DNA from: Adineta vaga
Taxonomy: Eukaryota > Animalia > Rotifera
NCBI GenBank assembly: GCA_021613535.1
Contig: CP075492.1
Coordinates: forward strand, 19,282,001-19,346,000
Length of the DNA: 64,000 bases
Reading direction: 5' to 3'
In this document: in pieces, positions 1-13,121 of the stretch
Position numbering within the stretch: position 1 is the stretch's first letter
How the letters are laid out: every line of letters starts with the position of its first letter
Made by a program: the position numbers and the translations under genes
Notes under the pieces: model-generated
What the model saw: the letters and a program-made list of their open reading frames with translations, nothing else
Databases searched by the model: none
Told to the model about the DNA's origin: nothing

Positions 1-340
1 ACTTTTTGTCGTTGTAGTCGCAGTTGTCGTTATTGTTGTTGTTGTACTCGTAGTTATTCTTGTTGGTGTTATAAGTATATCTGATTGTTTTTTTGCTACA
101 ATAACCGTTAGAATAACACTTATAACTAAGATTGTTACAGAAATAATTGTAATTAACAAAATCTTTATCAGTTTTCTTCGAACATATTCACATCTACAAA
201 GAAAAAGAAAAGATAAACTAAGAAATTATATCAATTCATACAATATTCTTAAGTGAGAAGTCGATGGTTCTAATGGATTTGATTCATTTGATTGAAACTA
301 AAATGATGAAAAAACACTCAAAGTTAGTTGTTGTCTTCAT
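1..340 (-). CDS. 5' part of a type II membrane protein with a Thr-rich stalk (runs off the window; spliced)
   Basis: Minus-strand exon 1-195 reads CEYVRRKLIKILLITIISVTILVISVILTVIVAKKQSD...TTSTTTTITTTATTTTKS; polypyrimidine-AG acceptor near 196; start codon uncertain. Confidence 0.5.
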
Positions 341-1165
341 GAAAAATTTACTTGAACAACTTGTATTCTATTCATTATAACTAAAACACATTTAGAATAT
401 TTCTAAAAAACAAGTTCTTTTTTTTTCTGCAGGATCCAAAGACATATGTTGATATTAATATGATAACATTTATTGTTGTTCTTTTTTCTATGAAGTATAA
501 TGAAGAAAAAAAAGAACAGATGTTAGTTAGTTTTTTTTTATTGTAAGTGCTCATGGACATGGACATGAAGTAGATAATTGGACAAAGGTCATATTCAGTG
601 ACGAGAAACAATTTAATATCGATCAATCATGAACTATTCATTGGATCCGTATCGACAGTCATCGTCCCAAATCGTTTATTCGTCAAGTTCGATTTTATGT
701 AAACGTATTTGGAGCTGTATGGACCAATGGCAGTGGTACTTTCATAACTCCGTATATCGACAACTATTTATTTTATTTACATAATTATTTTTCATTCATG
801 ATCGTCCAACTTGGACTCATACTAATATGATACACGACTGACTTCTCAATAATCAGTGTAAGGCTAAATTATCTCATGACGGTTGGGATATTAATGACTA
901 GCGATTGTATGTTTTCGAATGTATTTTTATTGATAAAGCATTTTTTTGAACGCTTCTATTTGATCAACCAGATTGTTTTTAGATTTGCACCACAAATTGT
1001 GAACGAGAAATATTATCGATAACAATACAATTGTTGAACAGAATTGCAGCGTATGGCAGACTACATAATATATGAAGTTGACCAAAGATATCTCTCTGTA
1101 TGGTCATGTATTAAAGCTAACCAACTACCATCTTCAAATCGAAATGGAATTTGAAATAACAAAAA

Positions 1166-1247
1166 ATCTAAGGTTGAGAGTGTGGTTGATGTGAGAGTAG
1201 CATATTTACACATTATTCTCACCTACCCACACCCACACCCTCAAGAT
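1166..1247. repeat. GT/CA hairpin element
   Basis: atctaaggttgagagtgtgg...cccacacccacaccctcaagat. Confidence 0.8.
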
Positions 1248-2069
1248 CTCGGCTGCTTTCCATACAAGAAAATCAAACAGCCAAGATTGAGGAATCTTCA
1301 AAAAACGAAGAGAGTCAAATTTGCAAATTGGGTGTTGAATAATTACACCAAAGATGATACAAAAATGTGGCTGTTTTCAGATGAAAAATATTTTGATTTA
1401 GATGGAATATATAACGTTCAGAACGATCGGGTGTGGGCTGTGAGCAGGAAAGAGGCTGATGAGAGAGGTGCTATACATGAAAAAACAAAATTTCCGGTGA
1501 AAGTAACGGTGTGGATGGGTGTGTGTGGAGAAGGACTGACGGTGCCTGTTATTTTTGAAGATGGGACAATGGATGCTCGAAGATACATTGATGAAGTTCT
1601 TCCAATAGCTTTAAAATGTGACAACAAAATATGTTAGGAAACAATTGGACGTATCTGCAAGATGGTGCTAAACCTCACACACATCATCTTAGTCAAGAAT
1701 GGTGTGCTGATCATTTTCCTGCATTTATCTCCAAGGATCATTGGCCTCCTGATTCACCTGATCTATGTCCATTTGATTATAGTTTATGGAATGAATTAGG
1801 TGAAGCTATAAACTGGGAACATGCAACAACAAAGGCAGCGTTAATAGAAGAGATAAAATGTTCTGTCAAAAGAGTTGATAAAAAAAAAGATTTTAAATTC
1901 TGTACTTGATTTTACTGAACGATTACGTTTAATAAAAAAAATGGAGGAAAGTATATTCGTTAAATAAAATATACTATCTTGTGCAGAATTTCAAGCTCCT
2001 ATTCTATCGGGTAATATACGAAAAATATTTAAAATACAGACAGTCTAATTTATTCTGGGACATCGGTTA
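1248..2069 (+). mobile_element. 5'-truncated, frameshifted Tc1/mariner-superfamily DD37D (maT-type) transposon
   Basis: WLFSDEKYF, YLQDGAKPH, WPPDSPDLCPFDYSLW; 37 residues counted between the 2nd and 3rd Asp; frameshifts near 1625 and 1885; possible right TIR near 2040-2069. Confidence 0.9.
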
Positions 2070-3778
2070 AGTCGGAACACATATGAAGAGAAGAAATACC
2101 GTGAGAAATTTTGATTGTATCCTTTTTCTTCATCACTTCGTTTTACTGAGTAACGAAAGAGAAGTTATATAGTATTTTTTTTCTGTAAATAGTATTATGT
2201 AAAAATTCACGATGATAATAAAAACAAATATACTAAAAGAAATGCATAAGTAATATGATAAGATAATATCTTTTCACATGTATTTTCAAATGATAAAGCA
2301 AAAATGAATTTATGTTAATTACTCATAGATTACGTCCATTTGCATAAGGACTTATATATTTAGATTTGATTTTTATACCAAAAATCTTTGGTAATATATA
2401 TGATATTTAAGAACATGGAAAACCACGTATTATTGACGAAAGACTTCTATGAATAACTGAATGATTTTGTCAAAAAAATAGATATGTTTGATGCAATATT
2501 TCTTCTTTGGTTAATTATTTCTGCTTTTTCTTTCTTTTTCTATTACTCTGTTATTACCACGATAAGTTAGAATCGAATGATTACAGTTATTTTACAAATT
2601 ATAACATAAAAAAATAGTGCTATTATTTTTTCTCAACCTCGAAAGAAATTTTGCCTCATATTTTCTTTTGCTTTAAAATATATTCTCTCGACTGTGTAAG
2701 GAGGGTTATCGGACAACAAATAATGTGTATGGAGGTGTGCTTCCGCCGGAGTCAAAGTTTAAAATTGAAAGAAACTTCACGAATAGGTTTCGGAGATCGA
2801 TGAAACTGACCAATCAGGTATAGTGCTACATAATAAAGCTGACAAATTGAATATCTAGGAGGCATGAATCAGCGAATCAGTCATTGATTATCTCAGATGG
2901 TTGTGTTTAGTTGTATGAGTCTACAAATGAGGATCAGTACGAGTGTCCTTCCATAACCTCTAGTAATAAATGAAAGACAGTTTGCAGTTGAAAGCTTTCT
3001 TTATAGATGATTTTGTTGCAGTAGATTAATTGTTAATTTATATTTATACATTTGACACATTATTTCCAGGTAATGATTTAGTATATTGATTATTAATAGA
3101 TAAAAAGATCAGATTTAAGTGGCCTGTAACGACCAAGTAATTAGCCGTTATAAGGTGCAACTTATGTAAAATTCAAGCAATTTTTTTTTCTTTTTTTTTC
3201 GTATGGTTATATTGAAAAAAATTGATTGTTCTCGGTAGTTTAGTGTCTTTGATTTTCATATAGAATGTAAGAGAATTCTCAATTGAGATCGATGTTCTCA
3301 TGACTGATTGATATATCTTTTAGTTCGGAAATATTTATCGTTAATTGTACTTTAATTGGATTTTTTTGAGTTCAGAATTCAAAATTCTTTTTCTTTTATT
3401 CAACAAAGATTCTCTGAAGACGAGATAATTGATTTAATTCAATTTCTTTTCTTTCGAATCACAACTGTCGAATTGAGAAAATGACTTCAAATTTTATTTT
3501 TGATTTTCGAATCGAAGAAAAAGATCATTTTTAATTTCTTTATTTCTTCTTCAAAACAAATTTTCATTTCAAAATCGATTGTTGATTTATTTTATAAGTA
3601 TTCGAAACTTTTTCTCGAAAAATTTATGATTTTACAAATCAATTTACAAATTACCCTCGTTTTTCAATCAAAATTGACTTTTTCATCGCATTTCAACGAT
3701 TTCAATTATTTTTCGTCATTTTCACAGAAAATCCTTTGAATTCCAATCAATGTTTTTCTTTTTCAAAATCTTTCAAAA

Positions 3779-4834
3779 CTAATTCCAGTTCAATTTGACA
3801 CAAATTGCTTTTTTATCAAATCGAACGATTCGATGATTTCCCCGATCTGAAACATAAAGATTTCCTTCTAAATCAAATGATAAACCATGAGGACAATTCA
3901 ATTGATTTGATTTACTTCCTTGACCATTTCCACCAACAACAATCTCACCTTCTTCATCTCCTTCATACCATCGCATTATTCGATGATTTCTACAATCTGC
4001 GACATAGATTTGATTCCATTCATCAACAAACAATCCATAAGGAAGATTCAATTGATTGAGATTGTTTCCTTCACCATTTCCTCCAGCCACAACAATTCCT
4101 TCATGCGCATGTTTTCTCCATTTCATCACACGATTATTCTCATAATCTGAAACATAAAGAGATTGATCTTTATCAACAAAGATGCACAGAGGATAGTTGA
4201 GTTGATTTGGTTGATTTCCTTTTCCATTTCCACCTGCAACTAATATTCCTTCTTTGTTTTCATTAATCTTTTCTAAATTCCATTTTCTCACTTCATTCTT
4301 TTCTTCATCACAAACATAAAGAAATCCATGTTGATCCATTGTTAAACCAGAACAATAAATATTTTGAATGAGAATATGTAGTTTTTGATCTCGTGACCAT
4401 CGCATCACTCGTGTGTTCCCCAAATCAGCAATAATGATTGAATGATTTTGTTGATCAACAATCACATCTGTTGGTCTATTCAATTGATCTATTCTATTTT
4501 CTTGTCCATTTTCACCTGTAATGATTTGTCCTTGTTTTTCATCACATTCCCATTTACCAATACGATGATTGTGATAATCAGCAATGAAAATGGTTTTGTT
4601 TTCATCAACAAAGATTCCTTGAGGACCATTGAGTTGATTTAATTGACTTCCTTTTCCATTTCCTCCCGCAACAATCTTTCCATTTTGTTGAAATGTCGAT
4701 TCTTCATTTAACATCTCATTATGTTCATTGAAATCTGTTTGACAAAATTCTTTTGAACAACCTTGGCATTGAATTATAATTTTTTTGTATTTCAGACATT
4801 TGAAACATTGTTTTGTGTTGTTTACCATGGCCAT
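3779..4834 (-). CDS. NHL-repeat beta-propeller protein with N-terminal B-box-like Zn finger
   Basis: CFKC...CQGCSKEFC...H, then repeated VAGGNGxG..NQLNxP.G.FVD....YV.D..NHRI. Confidence 0.9.
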   Translation of the reverse strand: MAMVNNTKQCFKCLKYKKIIIQCQGCSKEFCQTDFNEHNEMLNEESTFQQNGKIVAGGNGKGSQLNQLNGPQGIFVDENKTIFIADYHNHRIGKWECDEKQGQIITGENGQENRIDQLNRPTDVIVDQQNHSIIIADLGNTRVMRWSRDQKLHILIQNIYCSGLTMDQHGFLYVCDEEKNEVRKWNLEKINENKEGILVAGGNGKGNQPNQLNYPLCIFVDKDQSLYVSDYENNRVMKWRKHAHEGIVVAGGNGEGNNLNQLNLPYGLFVDEWNQIYVADCRNHRIMRWYEGDEEGEIVVGGNGQGSKSNQLNCPHGLSFDLEGNLYVSDRGNHRIVRFDKKAICVKLNWN

Positions 4835-5329
4835 TTGTTTGAATTGAAGTTGATAAAGGAATGAAATGTGTGTTGATGCATTTGTGTATTTAAAAAAAAA
4901 ACATGAGTCAAAATCAACAAAAATATTTCTATGTGGGAAAAATCATTGATTCCAACAGAATTCGTAACATGAAATGAAAAAAATCCAATAGAACGAAAAG
5001 AATTTTTTAATTTTTTGACAAATCAGTAAATGTTTGAAAACATTTGTATTTTTGAACAAACGAATAATTTCGTAAAAATATTGAGTAGATGTCGATAATG
5101 TTTAAATATTTGTCAAAGAGTACTTCGTTGTCGGAAGTGACGACATACGGTACACGAGGCACAATATCGTTGTCTTGTTGATCATTAACACTGAATGTAT
5201 AAAATGAAAAATAGTAAATCGATTACTTTCAATAAGTGCAAAGTTTATGCAGTCTATGTTTTTCAACATAAAGATTATTGAACGATACAGAAAATGTGTC
5301 ACTATGATAGAGTAAACGAATGAATAATA

Positions 5330-6050
5330 TTCTTAAATAACTCTTTGTTATCTGCAAGATATTACTCGATTAAATAATCAGAAAATCAGTTAAGTAAATA
5401 TTTTTTGATAATTATATGACGATGATAGCACACATCTTCTTATATTATATGAGAGAATAGCTGAACATGATTATATATAACTTAATTCTGTAACTAAAAG
5501 TCAAGAACATTTTAAACAAACACTTTGTTTTATTTTAGAATAAAATTCACTTAATGTATCATCTATTGATATGATTCATTTATGTTCAATCTCGAACGAT
5601 ATTATAATTATCGATTCATTAAAATCTCTTTCAATTAAAATTTATATGCTTAATTGTATAAAAGAAGTAAATATGGATGTTTTCATAGTACTTTTATATT
5701 CGACGATTACTCTCAATCACATCAAGTCTTTGTATTAGGAGTATATCCATCTGTTGCATTCATTAATCATTCATGTTCACCAAATATAGATCGTCTTTTC
5801 ATTAAGAATAATAATACTAGATTTCAAATAGGTGATTTAGTTTTTTTTGCAGCATATGGTGTGAAGTAAGATGAATATTTTTTTAATTGTCAATGAATAC
5901 GTTGCATTAATGAAACAAAAGGAGAAGTTGATAAATCTTTTATGAATCTAATAAAAGAACTTAAATGTCCAAAATCAAAATGTCAAGGTTGGTTTATTCT
6001 ATCTTTTAAAAAACATCATATGTGTTGTCAAGCATGTCAAATGTTACGAT
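5330..6050 (+). pseudogene. Degraded SET-domain (SMYD-like) gene fragment
   Basis: GVYPSVAFINHSCSPN motif at about 5740-5785, downstream Cys cluster, stops and frameshifts in the flanks. Confidence 0.6.
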
Positions 6051-6474
6051 AGACAATTCTTTTCTTTGTATCTCTACAATAATACTTTGAACAAGTAATA
6101 AATCTAACGTTTGATTAGAACATCATATTCTCAATAGCGATTATATTCAATAAAATTAAATAAGAATTCACAATCGAAAATGTTATTTAATGATTTATCA
6201 CGTATTTTGAGTAATATTTCATCAAAAGTCAATGCCATTTATAATATATGTATTTCGCTGTTTTGCACTCTTTTCTTTGTTCGTTATAATCTTTAAATTT
6301 GATATTTCAAATCGAATTGATTGATGGGAAAAATTGATAAGCTTCTTTTTCAATTAAACATGTTCTAATATAAAAAGCACAGTAGTTTAAAAAATATTAC
6401 ATTTTATTTTAATCATGAATAATCGTGTTTAAGTTCTATTATTCTCAATCTTCAATATTGTCTCACTGATAATG

Positions 6475-6554
6475 ATCTAGGGGTGAGGGTGTGGATGTGG
6501 GTGTGGGTATGAGTGTGAGAGAAGAGGAGATACCCACACCCACACCCTCAAGAT
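6475..6554. repeat. GT/CA hairpin element
   Basis: atctaggggtgagggtgtggatgtgggtgtgggtat...atacccacacccacaccctcaagat. Confidence 0.9.
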
Positions 6555-7753
6555 GGACGTAAAACTACCTAGTTTTACTGACATGATTAATTGTAGTTAT
6601 AAGATATTTATCGATTAAATCCTATTTATCTTTCTTCTTCTTTCTTGTATACATATCGTTAAAAATCATTCATATTTTACTGAAATAATAACAATATTAA
6701 CAACAAAAACAACAATGACATCAACATTGTAAAATATCGTCACCATTACCAACAAAATCAAGATCAAGATCAATATCAACATAATTAACATTAATAATTT
6801 CAACACCGTTTTTATATTTTATTATATCTGATTTCATTCACATCTATCAGAATTTCTGGAAATAATTTCACTTAACTAAATAAAGAAAATCACGAAGCAA
6901 TTCCTGATGATGTGTTCAGTTGAACACGAAAGCTCGAATAATCTCTTTTATTTCTGTTGAGATAAAACTTTTTCATCATGATCTTTGCAGCAGTCTTATC
7001 TTTATTTTCTAAATCATAATAATTTTTGCCCGAATATGATAATTAAAAAAAGAACATTTCTTTTAAAATCCAGAAGAAGTACCAGAAATGTTTGTAAATT
7101 AATTGATCTATATTTAAATTAGATTTTGTTCATATTTATGTAATTGTAATAGAATCATGTAATCATGATGTTCAATTTATATATTTCTTTTGAATATAAT
7201 AAATACTTAATAAATTAAAATTAGTATTAAATTAAGTGATATTATCCAAGATAAATATAAGTTAGTTTTCACTAAATAATTTCTTAGAAGTGTTTGGGTG
7301 CACATAGTCACTTCCTAAAAGATTTATGGAAAAAAACCTTATTGTGAACTTTTGTTTTTCTTTCTGATCTTATATGTCTTTGTAGACTATCTGAAAAAGA
7401 TGTAATTTGAGGCTTTTTAGAAAAAAAAAGTTTCTTCTTAATTCTTTATTTTATTTTATAGTAAAGGATAAAGCAACGAAAAATCTTTATCTTTATTTTA
7501 TAAAGAATAAAGATAATCTTTATCTTATAAAGTAAAGATAAAGTAACATCCCTAACATCCACCCGCCCACATTCTGGTTTAGATTTTAATCAAACAGTAA
7601 AACATATGGAGTCTTTATGATTAATTTTCATCGATAAATACAAGAATTTCTTGACATTAAAGTGAACTTCTCATTAAATTCTCTTCTATTTCCGTTAACT
7701 AATATAAAATATGTTATTTATTTAATTTGAATTTGAATGAAACAAATAATTTT

Positions 7754-8722
7754 TTATATTGGATTTCTATTGTTTATTGTTGTGTTTGGTCCTACCAGAT
7801 TGAATCGTACGTGTATTCTTTTCATTATAGATTCTCTAATTAGATCAGTAAAATAAAATAATGCAATCATAATTGATAAAATTGCACTATCAAAAAAGAT
7901 AAAAGCAAATCGATGAGCATATTCCATTTCTATATTGAATGCACCCATAAACCAAACTAATATATGAGAGAAACAAATGACAATTAGAATTGTAATTGTT
8001 ATAACTATTCGTCGAATCATTTTCAATTCACGTTGTGTTCGAATTTGATTATTAGAAGTTGTAACATTCTTACCAATGTGTTTTACATGTCTAACTAATC
8101 GAAAATATAAATACATAATTGATAAAACTGGAATGGAAAAGCCAACAATAATTGCATAAGCTACAAAGATAGAAAGTGCAACGGGTAAGTGACAGATTTG
8201 ATCATTAACATCATAAACAATGGCACCAGGATATAAAAATGGAGTAGGAACTAATAAACAAAATATCCAAAATAAACAAATAAGTAGAGTTTGAATACGA
8301 AATGACTGCCAAAACAATCGAGTTGGATACATAGCAAGAATATGTCTATATAGAGCTTCCAAAAAAAATGAATAATTAAAAGCCCAATACGAGCCATACG
8401 TCATATAAGCTCGAAAAACACAAAGTGAATCTTCATATTCAATCTGCTTAAGATCATTTTGAAGTGTAAATAAAACCATACCAAATCTCGCAGACGCACA
8501 AACACATGTCCATATACATGTATTAGCTACAAGCATCATGGGAATTGTATGACATGTTTTATCCAATATGATAACAAATATAAAAAGAATACTAAACATA
8601 ATAGTTGATACAGTGCATAAAATCATACAAACATTAATAAGTATAAACCATGATTGAATAGGTATTATTGTCATGTTATTAAAAAACAAATACGTTTGAT
8701 TAAATTCATCAGTTGAATTCAT
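7754..8722 (-). CDS. Class A (rhodopsin-like) 7TM GPCR
   Basis: Seven hydrophobic segments, TM3 Cys, EALYR at the DRY-like position, RELKMIRRI before TM6. Confidence 0.85.
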   Translation of the reverse strand: MNSTDEFNQTYLFFNNMTIIPIQSWFILINVCMILCTVSTIMFSILFIFVIILDKTCHTIPMMLVANTCIWTCVCASARFGMVLFTLQNDLKQIEYEDSLCVFRAYMTYGSYWAFNYSFFLEALYRHILAMYPTRLFWQSFRIQTLLICLFWIFCLLVPTPFLYPGAIVYDVNDQICHLPVALSIFVAYAIIVGFSIPVLSIMYLYFRLVRHVKHIGKNVTTSNNQIRTQRELKMIRRIVITITILIVICFSHILVWFMGAFNIEMEYAHRFAFIFFDSAILSIMIALFYFTDLIRESIMKRIHVRFNLVGPNTTINNRNPI

Positions 8723-10265
8723 TTATGAAATAAAAGTTAGTAAAATAAAGAAGAATACAGCTTTGAAATCATTATATATGAAGAAAAAAAACATTTTTAA
8801 TGAGCATCTGCTGACTTTTTCTCTTTTTTGTCAAAAACATTTTCTTCCTTTTCATGATGAACACATGTCAAGAAACAAAGAAGAAATATATCTTGAAGTA
8901 GCTGTCAAAATGAGGGATAATGAATTTTTCCTGAATAACTTCAAAAGAAAAACATTTTTTTGGGGTCACCCTACATGCTTTACGTGACTATTTAAATTCT
9001 ATTTCGAGTAACTATACATAAAGAAATCTTTTAGTTATTTATTTCTCCAGTAATAAAATATAGAACCAATAGAGATATAAATGAAAAATACATTTAATTT
9101 CTTTTATATTCACATATACCTTAAGGTTTATTATTTTAAAAAAAAGGATTAAAATGAGATACTCAGAATAGATTTTTTTTTGTTTATTTTAATTCTAGGA
9201 ATGTCATTAAAATTGAAATTACCAGTCGAATCTATTATGAATCGATATGATAATAATTCATCTTTAATGGACATCATTGTTAGTAAACCATATTGATAAA
9301 AAATCTTTCATTATATTATAATGCATATAAAAAGTTATATACGATTATGATTGTTTTATCTTACTGAAACTATCGTTTGCATCAGAAAATAAATTTTATA
9401 AGAATCAAATATTATTTTATTTGCTACCTGGTACAAGATTTTCCTAGAGTATTTTTATATAATCATCTCTACCTACACATCCATTTCATGTTATTCGACA
9501 AATATAACCCTTTGAGTCCCGATGGGATATAAACTTGTTTTTCAAATTGCTTTATAGTGTCGTAGATAGCATACGACGAGTAGTATACAACAGTATGGTT
9601 TGACTGGCATATGAAATATCGAAAAGGAAAAGTTAATAATAGCAGAAATGAACCTTTTAAGAAAGAAAAAAATTTTCCAAGTTTTTTTGCAAACAACTGT
9701 ACGTCGCCGGGACTCAAAGAGTGAAAAACTTTTGAGTTTCTATCCAATATTTCAAATCTTTTCGGAGTCACATTCGATTTTAAAAAAAAAAGTTTTCCTC
9801 AGCGGTAGATCCAGTTTTAGTGGTCCTCACACTATACACCCTTATGTTCACTTTCAACCTCAAATTTGAAATCTTCATCATTGATTATCTTCGATCAAAC
9901 ATTTAATGAAAATAGAATTCGCGAAAAAAAACACAATTTCTATAATGAAGTGTAGATTAGGTTCTCCTAAATACAACTGTTTCTACATATTGGATTCTAA
10001 TGAATTTGAGTAGACAAAAACATTTTAAACTCTTTTCATTCTTTATTTCATAAAAGGGAATAATAATAATATATTTTTTGGGTCAAAACGTAATAATGTT
10101 CCACTTACGAGCAACTTGCTATCTTTATCAGTATTCTTTATTCTCACTTAAAATAGCTAAGTATCATGCAGAAAAGATAAAATAGAATAAAAACAAAAAT
10201 AAAAAATCTTCTAACCATCGTTACAATATATAAATCATTTTATTTCAGAACAAAATTTCATCATA

Positions 10266-12685
10266 ATGCTGATGATTCAGACAACAATCTTCATTGCTAT
10301 TTTAACTCTATTATTTTCAACTACTTGTATGTCTGATCCATGTCGATTTGAATATCCTGGAAAAGGTATACTCGATATAACTACTTTGGGTCGAACAGAT
10401 GGAACAGCTGCATATGCCGATAGAATTCCACCAAGACAACCTGATTATAGTATGTTGATTCTATTTTTTGTTTACATATTTACTAGAGAATGATTTCTGA
10501 TTATAGAATATAGTTATAATCCATGCAAACCATTCTCTAAAGGATTTTATTGTACAAATGTAGCTGTTTGTCAAAGTGAGTATTGAAATAATTGTCATTC
10601 GTTTTTAGTTTTAGTTTTATTTTTATGATATTTATATAGTTTCAACCGATGGAAATTATCAATATGATCTCGGTAATCAAGGAACTGCATTATGGAATCC
10701 AAGTAGTGAGGTGGGTATTGCTGCAACAATTACTTATACACATAATGAGAGGACAGTTTTTGTTAAACTTCAATGTTCAACAACGGGAAAAGAAGAATTT
10801 GAAGTTCTTGGTGAAGATCCAAAGAATTATTATACTTTTCGTTTAACACATAAATGTGCCTGTTGGAATAGTTGTTCAAGTAAGTAAATATTGAAAAATA
10901 TAGTCGTTGGAATTATATTTTTTTTGTATAGGTCCAACTTCAACAACTACAACAACAACAATCGTGCCACCATCAATAAATCCATGCCGATTTAAATATC
11001 CAGGAAAAGGTATCATTGATCTTAGTTTTATTGGTCGAACAGATGAAAAAGCAGCATATTCAGATGAAACGACACGAACAGCATCGGATTTCAGTATAGT
11101 TATTTCGTTTTTTTTATCTTGAATTTTGTTACAGAACAATATGTTTATTGATTATAGAATATAGTTACAATCCATGTAGATCATTTTCTCAAGGAACTGA
11201 TTGTATTGGTGTGTCTGTTTGTCAAAGTTAGTAAATTGATGTTTTGTTTTGTTTATTCATCGTTATGTTTAGTTTCAAAAAATGAAAAACATACGTTTCC
11301 TCTTGGTACACAAGGAAGTGTTTCATGGAATGTAGGATCAGATTTAGATACTATTCCTTCAATTAATTATTCATATAAGAATAAGAAAGTCACTGTATTA
11401 TTGCAATGTTCCATTGAAGGAAATAATGAATTTCAAGCTTTTGGTGAAGATCCAAAAAACAATTACAAATTTCAATTGACACATAAATGTGCTTGTTGGA
11501 ATGGATGTTCAAGTAATGAAATGATAGAGAAATATCATATCATTTCATTTTTTTCTATCATAGGTGAACCTTCAACAACAACAACAGCAACAACAAGTCC
11601 AAGTATAACTACGACTCATAAGTCGGGTAAGTTTTAGAATCAATGAGGATGACAGTGTGGATAGGTTAGTGTAACAATTAATCATCGTCACATCCTTTCT
11701 TTTAGAATGGCATATTACTGGAAAGCTTAATGAGGCACGAACAGATTCTACGTTAACAATGTTGAACAATGGGAAAGTGCTAATTGCAGGTGGTGGCACT
11801 AGTCAATTTCTTCACAGTGCTGAATTGTATGATCCATCCACAGGTAATTGGACAATGACTGGTAAAATGTACGAAGAACGAGCCAGACATACAGCGTCCC
11901 TATTGCATGATGGAAAGGTATTAGTGGCTGGTGGAAACAATTTTAGACGTACTCTTATAGATAGTGCTGAATTATATGATCCATCTACAGGTAATTGGAT
12001 AACGACTGGTACTATGAACATAGCACGATTGTCACACGTTGCAACTGTATTATCAAATGGAAAAGTATTAGTTGAGGGTGGATATGGTCATGATCCTATT
12101 GATACTTTAGATAGTGCTGAATTGTATGATCCATTAACAGGTAGTTGGACACCTACTGGTAGTATGAATAAGGCACGTCTTGGACATACAGCATCCTTAT
12201 TACCTAATGGAAAAGTCTTAGTTGCTGGTGGCAATGAGGGCAAACATGAGGGCCCTCTAAATAGTGCTGAATTGTATGATCCATTAACAGGAAATTGGAC
12301 TTTTACTGGTAGTATGCAAAATGGTCAACAGTATAGCACGGCATCCACATTATTAAATGGAAAAGTGCTAGTTGCAGGATATAATGCTGAAATATATGAT
12401 TTCTCAACAGGAAATTGGTCATCTACTGGTAAAATGAATAGGCCACGAACAGATCATGCGGCATCTGTATTAATAGATGGAAAAGTTTTAATTGAAGGGG
12501 GAATTTGGTATAGTGAGGCTTTGAATAGTGCTGAATTGTATGATCCATCTACAAATACTTGGCAAGATACTATCAGTATGAAGATCGGACGACAGCAACA
12601 TGATGCTTGTACATTAACAGATGGAAGAGTTTTAGTTGTTAGTGGTAGAGAAGGACCAGACTCTGCTGAATTGTTTCTTCCATAG
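10266..12685 (+). CDS. Secreted protein: signal peptide, two MRH-like (mannose-6-phosphate receptor homology) domains, Thr linker, Kelch/galactose-oxidase-type repeats; multi-exon
   Basis: Two copies of CRFxYPGKG..YSYNPC..VCQ..HKCACWNxC split by short introns; phase-1 splice 11626/11706 joins in frame to repeats TGSMxxARxxHTAxLLxNGKVLVAGG..SAELYDP. Confidence 0.8.
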
Positions 12686-12825
12686 ATACTTTAGTTGTTG
12701 TTTCATGTTTGAAAAAGATCTTCTTAATCCTTTGATTCAGTAATCCATTCAGAGCTAATTTTAATAAATAATTGTTGTAATTTATCGAGGGTCAAACTCT
12801 GTTGTTATGATCGTGATCCATTTGC

Positions 12826-12880
12826 ATCTCGGAGGTGTAGGTGTGGGTTAGGCTATACTCTTAACCCACAACCTCAAGAT
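12826..12880. repeat. GT/CA hairpin element
   Basis: atctcggaggtgtaggtgtgggttaggctatactcttaacccacaacctcaagat. Confidence 0.8.
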
Positions 12881-13062
12881 TACTATTACAAACTAGAAAA
12901 TGTTCGTTTAATCATATAAAAAAATTGAGTTTATGTTAAGTTCGATGCATATAGATGTGTTATGACATACTTAAGCCTTTATCATTCAGATAATGGCAAC
13001 AAGGCCATGGAGCACATATATTATGTTGAGCGCTACATTCATAACCACATAATCCACTGAAT

Positions 13063-13121
13063 GGCGGGGTGGGTTGGTGGATAGAGACACTGATTGAACC
13101 CCACCCACATCCACGCCCTTA
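13063..13121. repeat. GT/CA hairpin element (degenerate)
   Basis: ggcggggtgggttggtgg...ccacccacatccacgccctta. Confidence 0.65.

Noticed and set aside
640-1140. Possible degraded Cys-rich (LDLa-like) gene
   Set aside because: Only scattered Cys/Trp words such as CMDQWQ, with no sustained frame
1182-1247. ORF extensions such as YPHPHPQ, GVGVGV, HTHPH (also 19453, 45893, 51822, 56591, 62331)
   Set aside because: These are translations of the hairpin repeats, not real protein sequence
2695-2965. Possible MITE with ggttat/ataacc ends
   Set aside because: Terminal match is too short and imperfect to support
3250-3770. ORF 3500-3739 and a possible minus-strand coiled-coil remnant
   Set aside because: Low-complexity, stop-ridden, no diagnostic motif
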